Position numbers and translations under genes: made by a program
Notes under the pieces: model-generated
Databases searched by the model: none
What the model saw: the letters and a program-made list of their open reading frames with translations, nothing else
What the model was told of the DNA's origin: nothing
Source: Candidatus Parcubacteria bacterium
Lineage (GTDB): Bacteria > Patescibacteriota > Saccharimonadia > UBA4664 > JAHWKN01
Length of the DNA: 64,000 nt
Assembly: GCA_019347875.1 (NCBI GenBank)
Contig: JAHWKN010000001.1
Location: forward strand, 6,801 to 70,800
Direction: 5' to 3'
Part shown: positions 1 through 10,177 of the stretch, piece after piece
How positions within the stretch are numbered: the first letter of the stretch is position 1
Layout of the letters: every line of letters starts with the position of its first letter

Positions 1-171
1 GGCCAAAATAGCTATGAACTGGCGCTGAGCGGATGCGGCAAAATCTTCGATCTCCTTCTTCACCTGCTTAAACTGACCATCTATTGCGTCCAGGGTGACC
101 TCGGCTCTGCCGTCGACCACCTCAACAACTATTTGTTTGATTTCACGCAGGTCTTGCTTTGTGAGGGCCAC
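1..171 (-). CDS. Small coiled-coil hypothetical protein, partial (runs off the window start)
   Basis: Manual translation from GTG at 171 gives MALTKQDLREIKQIVVEVVDGRAEVTLDAIDGQFKQVKKEIEDFAASAQRQFIAILA, open to position 1. AAAGGAG SD upstream. Not in the ORF track. Confidence 0.65.
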   Translation of the reverse strand, partial: MALTKQDLREIKQIVVEVVDGRAEVTLDAIDGQFKQVKKEIEDFAASAQRQFIAILA

Positions 172-311
172 AACAACTCCTTTCTTCAATTTTACCGCCC
201 CTCCTGTCATAAGTATACCAAACATAACCCGAACAAGCAAACCGCCTCGGCCGTTCGTCTTCAACAACCCTTTGAGCGGCAACAACCCTGCTGTTCGAGC
301 GAGTAACCCTT

Positions 312-1403
312 TTAGGCGGTGGCGCCGGTCTTGATCACGCCGTAATCGCCCTTTAGCCCCTTAACCGCGTCGGCCTCGGTGGTGGTGATAACGGTCTGGT
401 AACCGCCAATCCGGCGCATTAAAAATCGCCGCCGCGACTGGTCAAGCTCACTGAATACGTCATCCAGCAGCAAGAGGGGAGGGGCGCCGCCGCCGCTTTC
501 GTGAAAGGCCAGCTCGGCCAGCTTCAACACCAGCACCGCCGTCCTGACCTCACCGCGGGAGGCCACGGCGGTAATGTCCTTACCGGCGAAAAGGGTGATA
601 AAGTCCTCCCGGTGGGGGCCGATGGTGGTGAATCCGGCGGCCAGGTCGCTGGTCAAATTTTGCTGCAGCTCGGCGATAAAGCTTTCGCGGTAGCCGCCGC
701 CAGCAACGCTTGGCAGGTACTTCAGTTCGATGCCGGCCCCGGCACCGGCCACCTGAGCGTACAGATCATCGGCCCGCTCATTAATAAAGCTGATCAGCCT
801 TTGGCGGGCATCGTAAATATCGCCGGCCAAAGAGGTGAGCTTAACGTCCCAGGCAAAGATCTCGTCCTGGATGCGGCCGGTCTGAAAGCCGGCCAGCAAG
901 CTGTTGCGCTGCCGCAGCACACGGCGGTACTGGTTGAGGACGCCCAAGTAGCGGCGGTCGCCCTGACAGAGCATAAAGTCCAGGTAGCGGCGGCGCCTCT
1001 CAGGCGCGCCGACCACCAGATAAAGGTCCCCCGGCTCAAACAAAACGGCCCGCAAACTGCCGATGTGACTGGAGAGGCTTTTTTTTACCCCCCCTGCCGT
1101 CACCTGCTTGGTCTGGCGGCCGTCGGCCGTGCTAAACCCCAGCGCCAGCTCGCTGCCGCCGTATACCGCGGCCAGCCTGAAGTAGTCCTGTCCGTGCCGC
1201 ACCAACTCCTGGTCCCGGGCCCGAAACGATTTGGTTGCCGCCAGCACGTACAGCCCCTCCAGCAGGTTGGTCTTGCCGCTGGCGTTCGGGCCCACCACCA
1301 GGGTGGCGGCGGGAGTAAACTCAAACCGGGCGGACTGGTATGAACGAAAGTTGGTCAGCTGCAAAGAACTTACGGTCTCGGGTCGCGGCGCGCGGGCCGG
1401 CAT
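312..1403 (-). CDS. recF: DNA replication/repair protein RecF
   Basis: NFRSY start, Walker A GPNASGKTN, GPHRED, SRGEVR, LLLDDVFSELD; lies downstream of dnaN. Confidence 0.96.
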   Translation of the reverse strand: MPARAPRPETVSSLQLTNFRSYQSARFEFTPAATLVVGPNASGKTNLLEGLYVLAATKSFRARDQELVRHGQDYFRLAAVYGGSELALGFSTADGRQTKQVTAGGVKKSLSSHIGSLRAVLFEPGDLYLVVGAPERRRRYLDFMLCQGDRRYLGVLNQYRRVLRQRNSLLAGFQTGRIQDEIFAWDVKLTSLAGDIYDARQRLISFINERADDLYAQVAGAGAGIELKYLPSVAGGGYRESFIAELQQNLTSDLAAGFTTIGPHREDFITLFAGKDITAVASRGEVRTAVLVLKLAELAFHESGGGAPPLLLLDDVFSELDQSRRRFLMRRIGGYQTVITTTEADAVKGLKGDYGVIKTGATA

Positions 1404-1404
1404 G

Positions 1405-2517
1405 CTACGTCCGCAGCGGCATAATAATGTGCAGATACTCGTCGCGGTTTTTGTCGCCGAGCGGCTTGATGACGCAGGGGTTTAGTTTGCCGCTAATGCC
1501 GAACTCCACCTGGGGAGACTTAACGACCGCCAGCGCTTCGGCCAGGTAGCGGGCGTTGAGCGAAATCTGCCCGTCGCCGCCCTTGGTCAGGCAGTCCGCG
1601 GTGGAGGTGTTGTCGCCCAGCTGGGAAGCGGTGGAAATAATACTGACCTGCCCGCCCTGCTTGACCTCCAGCCGCACCCCACCGGCGTTTTCGCGCGCGA
1701 ACAGGTTGGCCACCTTGGTGATGCGGCTAAACTCGGCCGTATCGATCTCGATAGCGGTTTCGATTTTTTCGGGAATAATCTGCCGGTAGTTGGGAAACTG
1801 GCCCTCGATCAGGCGCGAGGTCAGCTCCAGGTTGTCCACCTCAAACATGATCTGGTTGTCGGCCAGGTAAACGTTCAGGTCGGTTTCGGCGTCGGCCAGC
1901 ATCCGCGCCAGCTCCTGCATCGCCCTGGCCGGCACGATCACCGAGAACTTGGTTTCCGGCTTGAGGCCTTTTAGTTTCAGTTTGCGCTCGGCCAAACGGT
2001 AGCTGTCGGTCGCCACCGTCAGCAGCGCCCCGTTTTCGATGTACAGATAAACACCGGCCAAAACCGGGCGCGACTCATCCAGCGAAGCGGCGATGGTGGT
2101 TTGCAGCAGCGCCTCGCGGAACTGGGCCGAGGGGACGCTCAGCGCCGGCTGGGACTTTAGCTGCGGAATCAAAGGAAACTCATCGGCCGATATCCCGTTA
2201 ATGCGCGACTGGTAGTGGGGGGTTTTAACGATCAGGTTTAAATCGTCGGTCTCAAGCTCGATGTTCCCCCCGGGCAGGCTGGCCACAAACTCGCTAAACA
2301 GGCGGGCGGGCACCGTTAGCGCCCCTTCATCCTCAACCTTTGATCCAATCCAACAGTTTACCCCGATCTCCAGATTGGTGGCGGCCAGCTTCAGCCGCCC
2401 TCCCTCGGTGCTCAATAGCACATTACTAAGTACCGGCAGACTGCTGCGGCTCGATACCACCCGTCCCGCCACTCCCAGCGCTCGGGTTAAGTTTTCCTGT
2501 GTTACGCTTAACTTCAC
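1405..2517 (-). CDS. dnaN: DNA polymerase III beta clamp
   Basis: ATNLEIG, ATDSYRLAE, SRLIEGQFPNY, C-terminal IIMPLR. Confidence 0.98.
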   Translation of the reverse strand: MKLSVTQENLTRALGVAGRVVSSRSSLPVLSNVLLSTEGGRLKLAATNLEIGVNCWIGSKVEDEGALTVPARLFSEFVASLPGGNIELETDDLNLIVKTPHYQSRINGISADEFPLIPQLKSQPALSVPSAQFREALLQTTIAASLDESRPVLAGVYLYIENGALLTVATDSYRLAERKLKLKGLKPETKFSVIVPARAMQELARMLADAETDLNVYLADNQIMFEVDNLELTSRLIEGQFPNYRQIIPEKIETAIEIDTAEFSRITKVANLFARENAGGVRLEVKQGGQVSIISTASQLGDNTSTADCLTKGGDGQISLNARYLAEALAVVKSPQVEFGISGKLNPCVIKPLGDKNRDEYLHIIMPLRT

Positions 2518-2985
2518 TTTTTCTCCTGTTATCTTCTACTATACACCAAGCTTAAGGATGTCCAGTCACAATTTTTCCGCTCCGGAAACCGTCTTTATGG
2601 GAAAAGTTAAAACCGCTGATTGGGTGCCGGGTGGGTTATCCACGCTTGGTTTGTTTATAATAAATTAATTTAGTAAAAGGGGTAGTAGTTATAAGGGGTG
2701 TGGAAGTTGGGCATAAGCGTTTTAAAGCGCTTGGTTGAGCCTGTTAAACATCAAACCGCTTGTGTATATTCTGTGAGGGGAAGCGGGGCAAGCTGTGTTT
2801 ATCTAACCGCTTTTCACCAACCCGCCCGGCCGCCAAAACGCAAGCGTGAATTAAGCCTAGCGTTTTGAACAACCTTTCCCCAGCCCGTCCGAACCGCTGG
2901 CCCAAGGGCTAACCAGTTCAAAAATACGGCCAGCGTAACAGAGCGGTGCTGCCCGTTAAAGCTTAGCGGGAGTACGGCGGCGGGG
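2518..2985. other. oriC, dnaA-dnaN intergenic part (AT-rich DUE, DnaA-trio-like repeats, DnaA boxes)
   Basis: AT-rich 2649-2678; TAG/TAA trio-like run 2671-2694; GGGG; tandem boxes TGTGGAAGT (2699) and TGGGCATAA (2708); TTATCCACG (2636); TGTGTATAT (2761). Confidence 0.8.
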
Positions 2986-4374
2986 TTACCGGAAGAGCTG
3001 CTCTTTGATGGCGTTGATCTCGTGGCGCAGATCCTCGTCGGCTTCGAGCCGTTTTTCGATTTTGGTGACCGAGTGCATGGCGGTGGTGTGGTCGCGGCCG
3101 CCTACGGCCTGGGCGATTTTGGGGAAGCTTAGGTTCATTTCGCGGCGCATCAGGTAAATGGCGATTTGGCGCGGGTGGACGATCTCTTTGTCGCGCTTGG
3201 GGCCGGTGATGTCGTCGGGCCGCAGGTCGAAGTAGGCGGCGGTTTTTTCGATGACGGTGCGCGGTGACAGCGGCTTTAGTTTGGGCTTAGAAAAGGCGAT
3301 GTTGCTGAGTACGGCGGTGACGGTGGCCAGGCTGGGGTCGGTGTTGTGGAACTCGCAGTTAGCGATCAGCTGGGTCAGCGCCCCCTCCAGCTCGCGCACG
3401 TTTTGTTTGACGTGCCGGGCCAGGTGGTCGGTTACCTCGGGGGGCAGGTTAAAGTTCTGGGCCGCCGCTTTGTTCTGCAGGATGAGCGAACGCATCTCCA
3501 GGTCGGGCGGCTGGATGTCGGCGATCATGCCGGAAGCAAACCGCGACTTGAGCCGGTCTTCCAGCCCGGCGATGGCCTGGGGCGGCTTGTCGCTGGAGAT
3601 AATTATTTGCTTACTGGCCTGGTGCAGGGCGTTAAAGGTGTGAAAAAACTCTTCCTTGGTGCGCTCTTTGGTGGCCAAAAACTGCATGTCGTCGATGATT
3701 AAGACGTCAACCTGTCGGTACTTTTGCTTGAAAGCATCCACGTTCTTGCGCTGCAGGCAGGACAGAAACTCGTTGGTGAAGGCCTCGCTGGTAATGTACT
3801 CGACTTTTTTTGAGGGGTGATGCTGCAGGATCTCGTTGCCGACCGCCTGGATCAGGTGGGTTTTGCCGAGTCCGGCCCCGCCGTAAATAAACAGGGGGTT
3901 GTACTTGGTGCCGGGGCGCTTGGCCACCGCCTGACAGGCGGCGTAAGCCAGCTCGTTCGACCCGCCCACGACGTAGTTGCTAAAACGGTAGCGGGGATTC
4001 AGGTTGGAGTTGGCTGCCGGCGCCGCCGCCGGGACGAGGGCGGCCGGAGAGGCTGGGGCGCTCGGAGGGGTGGGCGTGGTAGCCGGTTGGACGGTGTCCT
4101 CCAGGGGCTTTTCGGCTGCGGGGGCGGCGGGGGAGCTGATGCGGTACTCGATCGAGCGGACGCCGCCGGCGATTTTAACTAAAGCGGACTTTATGTCCTG
4201 GTGGTACTTCTTTTCGAGCCGTTCTTTGTTGAAGATGTTGGGGACCGCCACCACCACGTGGCCATCTTCGTTTGAGATAATGGCGGTTTGCTTAAACCAG
4301 GTAGCAAAGGTAGCCCGGCTGATGGTTACCTCCAGCTCGCCGAGGACGGCTTGCCACAACCCCCTTTTGTCCAT
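2986..4374 (-). CDS. dnaA: Chromosomal replication initiator DnaA
   Basis: YNPLFIYGGAGLGKTHL, LIIDDMQF, EEFFHTFN, RELEGAL, GGRDHTT. Confidence 0.99.
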   Translation of the reverse strand: MDKRGLWQAVLGELEVTISRATFATWFKQTAIISNEDGHVVVAVPNIFNKERLEKKYHQDIKSALVKIAGGVRSIEYRISSPAAPAAEKPLEDTVQPATTPTPPSAPASPAALVPAAAPAANSNLNPRYRFSNYVVGGSNELAYAACQAVAKRPGTKYNPLFIYGGAGLGKTHLIQAVGNEILQHHPSKKVEYITSEAFTNEFLSCLQRKNVDAFKQKYRQVDVLIIDDMQFLATKERTKEEFFHTFNALHQASKQIIISSDKPPQAIAGLEDRLKSRFASGMIADIQPPDLEMRSLILQNKAAAQNFNLPPEVTDHLARHVKQNVRELEGALTQLIANCEFHNTDPSLATVTAVLSNIAFSKPKLKPLSPRTVIEKTAAYFDLRPDDITGPKRDKEIVHPRQIAIYLMRREMNLSFPKIAQAVGGRDHTTAMHSVTKIEKRLEADEDLRHEINAIKEQLFR

Positions 4375-4635
4375 ACTCCCTCTCCCTCTTAAACTCCCGC
4401 TGGCGGCGTTTTTCGTTGTCCCGCCGGGAGCTGAAAAACCGTGCAGTGCCGGTTGAATGTTTCAATCATAACCATGATTGGTTTTTTCCACAACCGCGAA
4501 ATAGGGCGCCGACTTATGCACACACTGGCGCTAACGGCACAAAAAGAGTGGAAAAGAGCAGGTTTAATGGGGATAAAAAAAGTTAGTCCGCAGGCAACTT
4601 TCGACTTTCGTCCGCCGACTTGATAGACTAGGGAC
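4375..4635. promoter_or_regulatory. DnaA-box cluster upstream of dnaA and divergent dnaA/rpmH promoters
   Basis: TTTTCCACA (~4483), TTATGCACA (4514), AGTGGAAAA, TGGGGATAA (4568); TGaTAGACT -10 lies 6 nt before the rpmH ATG. Confidence 0.65.
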
Positions 4636-4773
4636 ATGTCAAAGCAAACCTACCAACCAAAAAAACGCCGCCGCCAGCGGGTACACGGCTTCATGAAACG
4701 CATGGCCACCCGGGTGGGCCAAAACATTTTGAAGCGGCGCCGGCTGAAGGGGCGTAAGCGGCTGGCCGCCTAG
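4636..4773 (+). CDS. rpmH: 50S ribosomal protein L34
   Basis: Manual translation [45 protein letters not shown]; canonical position; below the ORF-track length cutoff. Confidence 0.98.
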   Translation: MSKQTYQPKKRRRQRVHGFMKRMATRVGQNILKRRRLKGRKRLAA

Positions 4774-4836
4774 CGCGGTGCGTTTGACGAGTAACAACGG
4801 GTAAGCCGGTCAAATGTTAACAGTGGAAAGAGCGTC

Positions 4837-5187
4837 ATGCTAGCGCGCCAGTACCGCCTGCGGCAGCCGCGCGACATCAACCGCGTCTACTCCCGCGGCC
4901 GCTTTGGTGCCGCCGGGCAGCTGCAGGTTAAGACGCTTAAAACCAACTGGCCGCGCTCGCGGGCGGCGATCGTGGTCAGCCGCAAGGTGTCAAAAAAGGC
5001 GGTGACGCGCAACCGCATTAGGCGCCGGCTGGCCGCCCAGCTGGCCGCCGCTTGGGCGACAGTACCGGCCGGGTACGATATAGTAGTTAGCGTGCGGACA
5101 GACGTGTCGGAGGCCGAGACCGCCGCCCTCCGCTCCCAGCTGGAGAGCGCCCTGGCCAAGAGCGGCCTCATCCGGATTAAGAGTTAG
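4837..5187 (+). CDS. rnpA: RNase P protein component
   Basis: VSRKVSKKAVTRNRIRRRL (RNR motif); follows rpmH. Confidence 0.95.
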   Translation: MLARQYRLRQPRDINRVYSRGRFGAAGQLQVKTLKTNWPRSRAAIVVSRKVSKKAVTRNRIRRRLAAQLAAAWATVPAGYDIVVSVRTDVSEAETAALRSQLESALAKSGLIRIKS

Positions 5188-5238
5188 GAATAGTATTTAT
5201 GAAGCATAGATCAAGGTCGGGGGAGATGACTAGCGGCC

Positions 5239-6015
5239 ATGTTTAACACCCTGTTTGTCTACCCGCTGTTTAACCTGCTGGCCCTGATTTACGCGCTGCT
5301 GCCCGGACACGACTTCGGCTTGGCGGTAATTATTCTGACCATCGCGCTGCGGCTGGCGATGTGGCCGCTGATCAAAAAGCAGCTCCACTCTCAGCGGGCC
5401 ATGCAGGCGCTGGCCCCCGAGGTCAGCAAGGTCAGGGCTAAGGCCAAGGGCGACAAGCAAAAGGAGAGTCAGCTTCTAATGGAGCTGTACAAGGAGAGGG
5501 GGGTGAGCCCGTTCGCTTCGCTGGCGCCGCTATTGGTGCAGCTGCCGATACTGTTCGCGCTGTTTGTGGTGTTGCGCGACGTCGTCAAGGCGGGCGAGAT
5601 CGCGCGGGTCGCCTACGAGCCGATCAGGCAGCTGGGCCCCATACAGGCGATCATCAAAGATGCCGCCAGCTTTCACCCGTCCCTGCTTGGCTTAATCGAC
5701 CTGTCGAAGCCCAACATCTTTTTGGCGGTTCTGACCGGGGCTACCCAGTACGCCCAGACTAAGCAGATTACGCCTAAACACCCCGACGCCGCCGACGCCA
5801 GCGCCAAAGCCGCCTCGGCCATGACCATTGTCTTTCCGGTCTTGACCGCCGGCATCGCCCTGACGCTGCCGTCGGCCTTGGCGCTGTTTTGGACCGTCAC
5901 CAGTCTGGTGGCGATCTGGCAGCAGCGGCTGATTTTGCGCCAGGACGTGGTTGAGCTGGAAGAGGCCGGAGACGCTAAAGCCGGTACGGCTAAAACCGGT
6001 ACCGCCAAAAAATGA
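5239..6015 (+). CDS. yidC: Membrane protein insertase YidC/Oxa1 (short form)
   Basis: FGLAVIILTIALRLAMWPL, LYKERGVSP, LLVQLPI, ALALFW. Confidence 0.95.
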   Translation: MFNTLFVYPLFNLLALIYALLPGHDFGLAVIILTIALRLAMWPLIKKQLHSQRAMQALAPEVSKVRAKAKGDKQKESQLLMELYKERGVSPFASLAPLLVQLPILFALFVVLRDVVKAGEIARVAYEPIRQLGPIQAIIKDAASFHPSLLGLIDLSKPNIFLAVLTGATQYAQTKQITPKHPDAADASAKAASAMTIVFPVLTAGIALTLPSALALFWTVTSLVAIWQQRLILRQDVVELEEAGDAKAGTAKTGTAKK

Positions 6016-6485
6016 GCGAACTAAACGACGACCTGCTGGCTCTGGCCAAGCTCCGGCTGGAAGAGATACTGACGTTTTTCGGGGTTAACACCGGCGTCAA
6101 GGCCGGGTTTGCGGGCGAGACGATCGAACTAAGCGTTGAGACCGATGTGACCGGCCGCCTGATCGGTCACCGCGGCGAGACGCTGGCGGCGCTGCAGCAG
6201 CTGCTAAACGCCATGGTGCGCGGCCAAACCAGTGAGCGGGTGTTTGTCAGCATCGATATCGCCGGCTACAAGCGGTCGCGGGCGGCCCACTTGACCGAGC
6301 GGGTGCAGGCTGATGCTAAAAAGGTGATAGAGACCGGCGAGACGAAGTATCTGCGCCCGATGAACGCGGCCGAGCGGCGGCTGGTGCACATGGCGTTGGC
6401 CGACCTGCCCGAGGTTTTTACCGAAAGCGAGGGGGAGGGGACCGGCCGGCGGGTCGTTATAAAAAGAGTAGGCAGCAGCGGGTAG
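6012..6485 (+). CDS. jag: Jag/KhpB RNA-binding protein (KH + R3H)
   Basis: LIGHRGETLAALQ (KH); MNAAERRLVH...SEGEG (R3H). Confidence 0.92.
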   Translation: MSELNDDLLALAKLRLEEILTFFGVNTGVKAGFAGETIELSVETDVTGRLIGHRGETLAALQQLLNAMVRGQTSERVFVSIDIAGYKRSRAAHLTERVQADAKKVIETGETKYLRPMNAAERRLVHMALADLPEVFTESEGEGTGRRVVIKRVGSSG

Positions 6486-6510
6486 AGAGCGGCAACGTAG
6501 CGTCTGCTGC

Positions 6511-7644
6511 CTACCGCCTACCCACCTGCCGGTACACCGTCAGGGTTTGCTCGGCCATGCGCCGCCAGGAAAACCGTTTGATGTGCTTGGGCCCGGCCTG
6601 CTTGAGGCGCTCAAGCTCGGCCGGGTCGTTTAACAGGGCGGCGATCTTGGCGGCCATATCCTGCGGGTCGAGCGGGTCAAAGTAGGCGGCGGCGTCGCCG
6701 CAGACCTCCGGCATGCAGCTGGCGTCCGAGCCGATGACGGGAGACCCTTGGGCCATCGCCTCCAGCGGCGGCAGCCCGAACCCCTCGCTTAAAGAGGGGA
6801 AGACGAACAGCTTGGCCTGGCGGTAGAGCGAGACCAGCTCGCCGTCTTCAACGAAGCCGCTAAAAATAACGCGCCCCTCCAAATCCAGCCGCCGTGCCAG
6901 CCGCTGCCGCTGCCGGTAAAAGTAGTCTTCCTTGCCGGCCAGAACTAAACTCAAGCCGGGGAACTGCGGCGCCAAAGCGGCAAAGGCCTCTATCAGGCGG
7001 GACAGGTTTTTATAGTCGTAGGCGTTGCCGACGTAAAGCAGGTAGTCGCCGGTAATGCCGAAGCGGTCGATGGGTGCCGGCTGGGCCATTAGCGGGTTAA
7101 CGGCTTCGTGCGTGACGCTGACCTTGCCAGATAACGCCCCCTGGGTTTGACCCGGCCGGTACTTGGCCAAAATGTCGTCCTTAACGAACCCGGTTGGTAC
7201 TATTATGGCTTTCGCAACCATCACGGCGTGACGGATCACCAGCAACATCAGCCAGTACTTGAGCTGGTAAACAACCTTCTTTAGCCCGGCTCCGCGGATA
7301 TTTTTATACTTAACCAACGTCAGGTCGTGAACCGTCACCACATAACGGCCGAAGTAAGCCAGGGGAACGCTAAAGTGCAGAAAGTGCACCAGGTCGGGGC
7401 GCAGGCGGTACAGTAACAGCGGCAGCAGGAGCTGCTCTTTTAGCCCGTAGGGCTTGTAGTCCGCCAGCTGCTTGGTAAGGTTCGGGGATTGTGGCTGCCA
7501 GCTGTCAAACTCCTTGCGCCGCAGCAGCACGACGTACCGGTTGCTGTGGTCGAGTTCCGGCAGCTGCCGGACCAGCTCCTCGCTGTAGCGGCCGATTCCC
7601 ATCCAGCCGGTGCCGAAGATACGGCCGTCGATGACGATTTTCAT
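6511..7644 (-). CDS. Glycosyltransferase family 4
   Basis: [29 protein letters not shown]. Confidence 0.93.
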   Translation of the reverse strand: MKIVIDGRIFGTGWMGIGRYSEELVRQLPELDHSNRYVVLLRRKEFDSWQPQSPNLTKQLADYKPYGLKEQLLLPLLLYRLRPDLVHFLHFSVPLAYFGRYVVTVHDLTLVKYKNIRGAGLKKVVYQLKYWLMLLVIRHAVMVAKAIIVPTGFVKDDILAKYRPGQTQGALSGKVSVTHEAVNPLMAQPAPIDRFGITGDYLLYVGNAYDYKNLSRLIEAFAALAPQFPGLSLVLAGKEDYFYRQRQRLARRLDLEGRVIFSGFVEDGELVSLYRQAKLFVFPSLSEGFGLPPLEAMAQGSPVIGSDASCMPEVCGDAAAYFDPLDPQDMAAKIAALLNDPAELERLKQAGPKHIKRFSWRRMAEQTLTVYRQVGRR

Positions 7645-7671
7645 AAGCCAATTATAGACAGTTTTGGTCGG

Positions 7672-8775
7672 CTAGCCTAAAAAGATACGGCTTTGGTAGT
7701 AGAGGGTGCTAAAAAAGGCCAGCAGCATGGCCGATGGGACCAGCGCGTAGGCCAGGCGCTGGTGGGCCCCGGTGAGGAGCGCCAGCGCCACAAAACAGGG
7801 AAACAGGACGATAATGTAACGGTTCAGACTAATGGTGCTGCCCGACAGCAGGGGGACGGCTATGGCCAGCAGGCAAAATAAGCCCCAAGCTTTGCTGATT
7901 TTTACGAAGCAGTAGACGGCCAGTGCTAAAAACAGCGCTATTAATCCGACCACAACGATCGTTAAGGCGTAGGGGTTGGAAAAAAGGTAGCCGTTTTTAA
8001 GCACGCGCAGCGGATCCAGTAGACCGGGTAGCCCTTGCCCGCGTCCCGGCCAGTACTTTTGAATATGGACGAAGGCCAGCGCGTCGCCGGTGATTCCGTA
8101 CATGTACCCCATATAGGCCACTAGCCCGGAACCGGCCAGCGCCGCCAGCCCCAGCCCTTTGGCGGCTAACTTGGGCCAGGCTACCGTCTTGTGGGTTTGC
8201 CAATACTCAAACAGGACCGCGGCGGCCAGAAAGACGCCGACAAACCGGATGCTTGAGGCCAGGCCGGCCCACGCGGCGGCGGCGACAAAGTGGCGGGCCT
8301 GCGCCGCCCGTAAACTCAGCGCGATCAGCAGCAAAAACAGCGACTCGGTATAAAACAGTCCGAAAAAGAAGCTAAAAGGAGAGAAGGCCAACAGCAGCAG
8401 CGTGCGCTCGGCCACCTTGGCGTCGAAGCGGTCCCGTGCGATGCGGTACACCACCATCAGCGCCAGCCAAAAACTAACCAGCGACACCGCCACCCCGGCC
8501 GCCAGCAGATGGCCGGTGAGGGCGTACACCGGCTTGACCGCCAGGGGGTAGCCGGGGAAGAAGGCGATGTTGGACTGGCCGTCTACCGCCCGGTAGCCAT
8601 CTGTCACAATGGTGGCGTACCAGCCGGAGTCCCACTTGCCGGTTAGCTGTTGGAGGCTCGGCGCCTGATCGGCAAAGGCCGACGCGAAGTAGAGCAAAAG
8701 GCCCATGGCGATTAGCCACAGCCCAAACACTTTAAGCGGAAACGTCAGCCAGTCCGCCGGTCTTAGCCGCTTCAC
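7672..8775 (-). CDS. GT-C fold membrane mannosyltransferase (PIG-V/Gpi18-like)
   Basis: WDSGWY, AFFPGYP, FYTESLF, RY in the final loop; multi-TM. Confidence 0.85.
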   Translation of the reverse strand: MKRLRPADWLTFPLKVFGLWLIAMGLLLYFASAFADQAPSLQQLTGKWDSGWYATIVTDGYRAVDGQSNIAFFPGYPLAVKPVYALTGHLLAAGVAVSLVSFWLALMVVYRIARDRFDAKVAERTLLLLAFSPFSFFFGLFYTESLFLLLIALSLRAAQARHFVAAAAWAGLASSIRFVGVFLAAAVLFEYWQTHKTVAWPKLAAKGLGLAALAGSGLVAYMGYMYGITGDALAFVHIQKYWPGRGQGLPGLLDPLRVLKNGYLFSNPYALTIVVVGLIALFLALAVYCFVKISKAWGLFCLLAIAVPLLSGSTISLNRYIIVLFPCFVALALLTGAHQRLAYALVPSAMLLAFFSTLYYQSRIFLG

Positions 8776-10064
8776 GGCCGCGCGCTGCGACTGGAGCTAA
8801 GGCCGGCCAGCAGTCCGATGGCCGCCCAAATGTGGGTGATGTAGAGCGTTGAGAAGGTTTGGTACTGAACGGCGGTGGCGGCCAGCGCCGCCAGCAGTGC
8901 GACCAGCCAGATCGCCAGTGGCTCGGGGCCGGCGCGAAGCAAAGCCCTGCCGGCCTGCCACAGCAGGCTAAGTGCAAACAGCACAAAAGCCAGCGCTCCC
9001 AGCAAACCGGTTTCGGCCAAGATCTCCAGCGGCTCGTTGTTGACGATGGCGCTGGTGTCGGTAAACTTATCCGGTCTTGCTTGGTTGGCATAGTGGCCGA
9101 AGTTGCCTGGGCCGATGCCCAGCAGCGGCTGCTCCGTAAAGGCCCGCACCGCCAGGCGCCTGGTGACCGTGCGCCCTTCGGATGATTCGCCGTAACCGAC
9201 GTTGGTGGTTTGCCGAGAGAACTTCTTGACGCTCTCGCCGGCGGTAGTGTCCTTTTGGTCGACCGCCGTGCCGAGCGCGATCAGCCCGACGGCCAGCGTG
9301 ATGGTCAAGGCCACCGCGGCGATCAGGCCGAGCAGCTGGCGGCGATGCTTGAGCAGTATCGCCGCCGCCGCCAGCACCAGCACCAGCACCGCCATGCCGG
9401 CAAAGGCACCGCGCGACAGCGTTAGCCACAGGGCGGTTAAAAGCGGCAGGAGCAGCCACCACCAACGCCGGCGTCTAGTAAAAACGTAATGAGAGCCGGC
9501 TAGCGCAACCGGGATTAATAAGTAGTTGGCAAAGTACAGCGGCTCCAGCGCGGTCGACTGGATGCGCGGGAAACCGAACACCGCCTTGGTGTAGTGCGGG
9601 CGCAGGCCGGTAATAGAGGTGGGCAGGCCGATGAGGTCGGCAAAGTACTGGAAAAAGCCGAAAGCGGTAACGGTCAGCGCGCTGACGGCGATGACGGCGC
9701 CGTAAACGGGTAGTTGGCTAACCTCCAGGCGGTTGGCCAAGGTCCGGGCCAGTATGGCTACGAAAGCGGTGAAGGCGGTTACCATCAGCCCTTCGACCGG
9801 ATCGGCGGCCAGCCCGGCCGACAGCAGTGTCACAAACAAAAACAGCGCCAGCCAGCGCCAGGGCGGGTTGAGTAATTGGCGGCGCCTGTCCCACAGCAGC
9901 GGCAGGTTGATGGCGATTAAAAGTAGTCCAGCTACCTGGCTGAGGCGGATGGTGATCTCGGCCGCGCCCGCGTTTAAATCAAGCGCCGGAATCCGCTCCA
10001 GCGGCAGTGTCGCTAGAATAAAGTATATTAAGTAGCGGCTCCAGCGCTGTAGCGGGATGTTCAT
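8772..10064 (-). CDS. O-antigen ligase/polymerase (WaaL/Wzy_C family)
   Basis: Multi-TM; RIQSTALEPLYFANYL, TLSRGA, PLLGIGPGNF, LAETGLLG. Confidence 0.85.
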   Translation of the reverse strand: MNIPLQRWSRYLIYFILATLPLERIPALDLNAGAAEITIRLSQVAGLLLIAINLPLLWDRRRQLLNPPWRWLALFLFVTLLSAGLAADPVEGLMVTAFTAFVAILARTLANRLEVSQLPVYGAVIAVSALTVTAFGFFQYFADLIGLPTSITGLRPHYTKAVFGFPRIQSTALEPLYFANYLLIPVALAGSHYVFTRRRRWWWLLLPLLTALWLTLSRGAFAGMAVLVLVLAAAAILLKHRRQLLGLIAAVALTITLAVGLIALGTAVDQKDTTAGESVKKFSRQTTNVGYGESSEGRTVTRRLAVRAFTEQPLLGIGPGNFGHYANQARPDKFTDTSAIVNNEPLEILAETGLLGALAFVLFALSLLWQAGRALLRAGPEPLAIWLVALLAALAATAVQYQTFSTLYITHIWAAIGLLAGLSSSRSARP

Positions 10065-10177
10065 AGGTGGGTATTGTACCAGCTTGCGCTTGAGCTCTCA
10101 ATTTTTTTTGACGGGTATCTTTGTTTGACTTTTAGGTTTGGCCACGGGAAAATTAAAAGCACTAACTCGAGGACTCT

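Noticed and set aside
501-1343. 280-aa plus-strand ORF and the many similar antisense ORFs across the window
   Set aside because: These are shadow frames of well-identified genes in GC-rich DNA, with no motifs.
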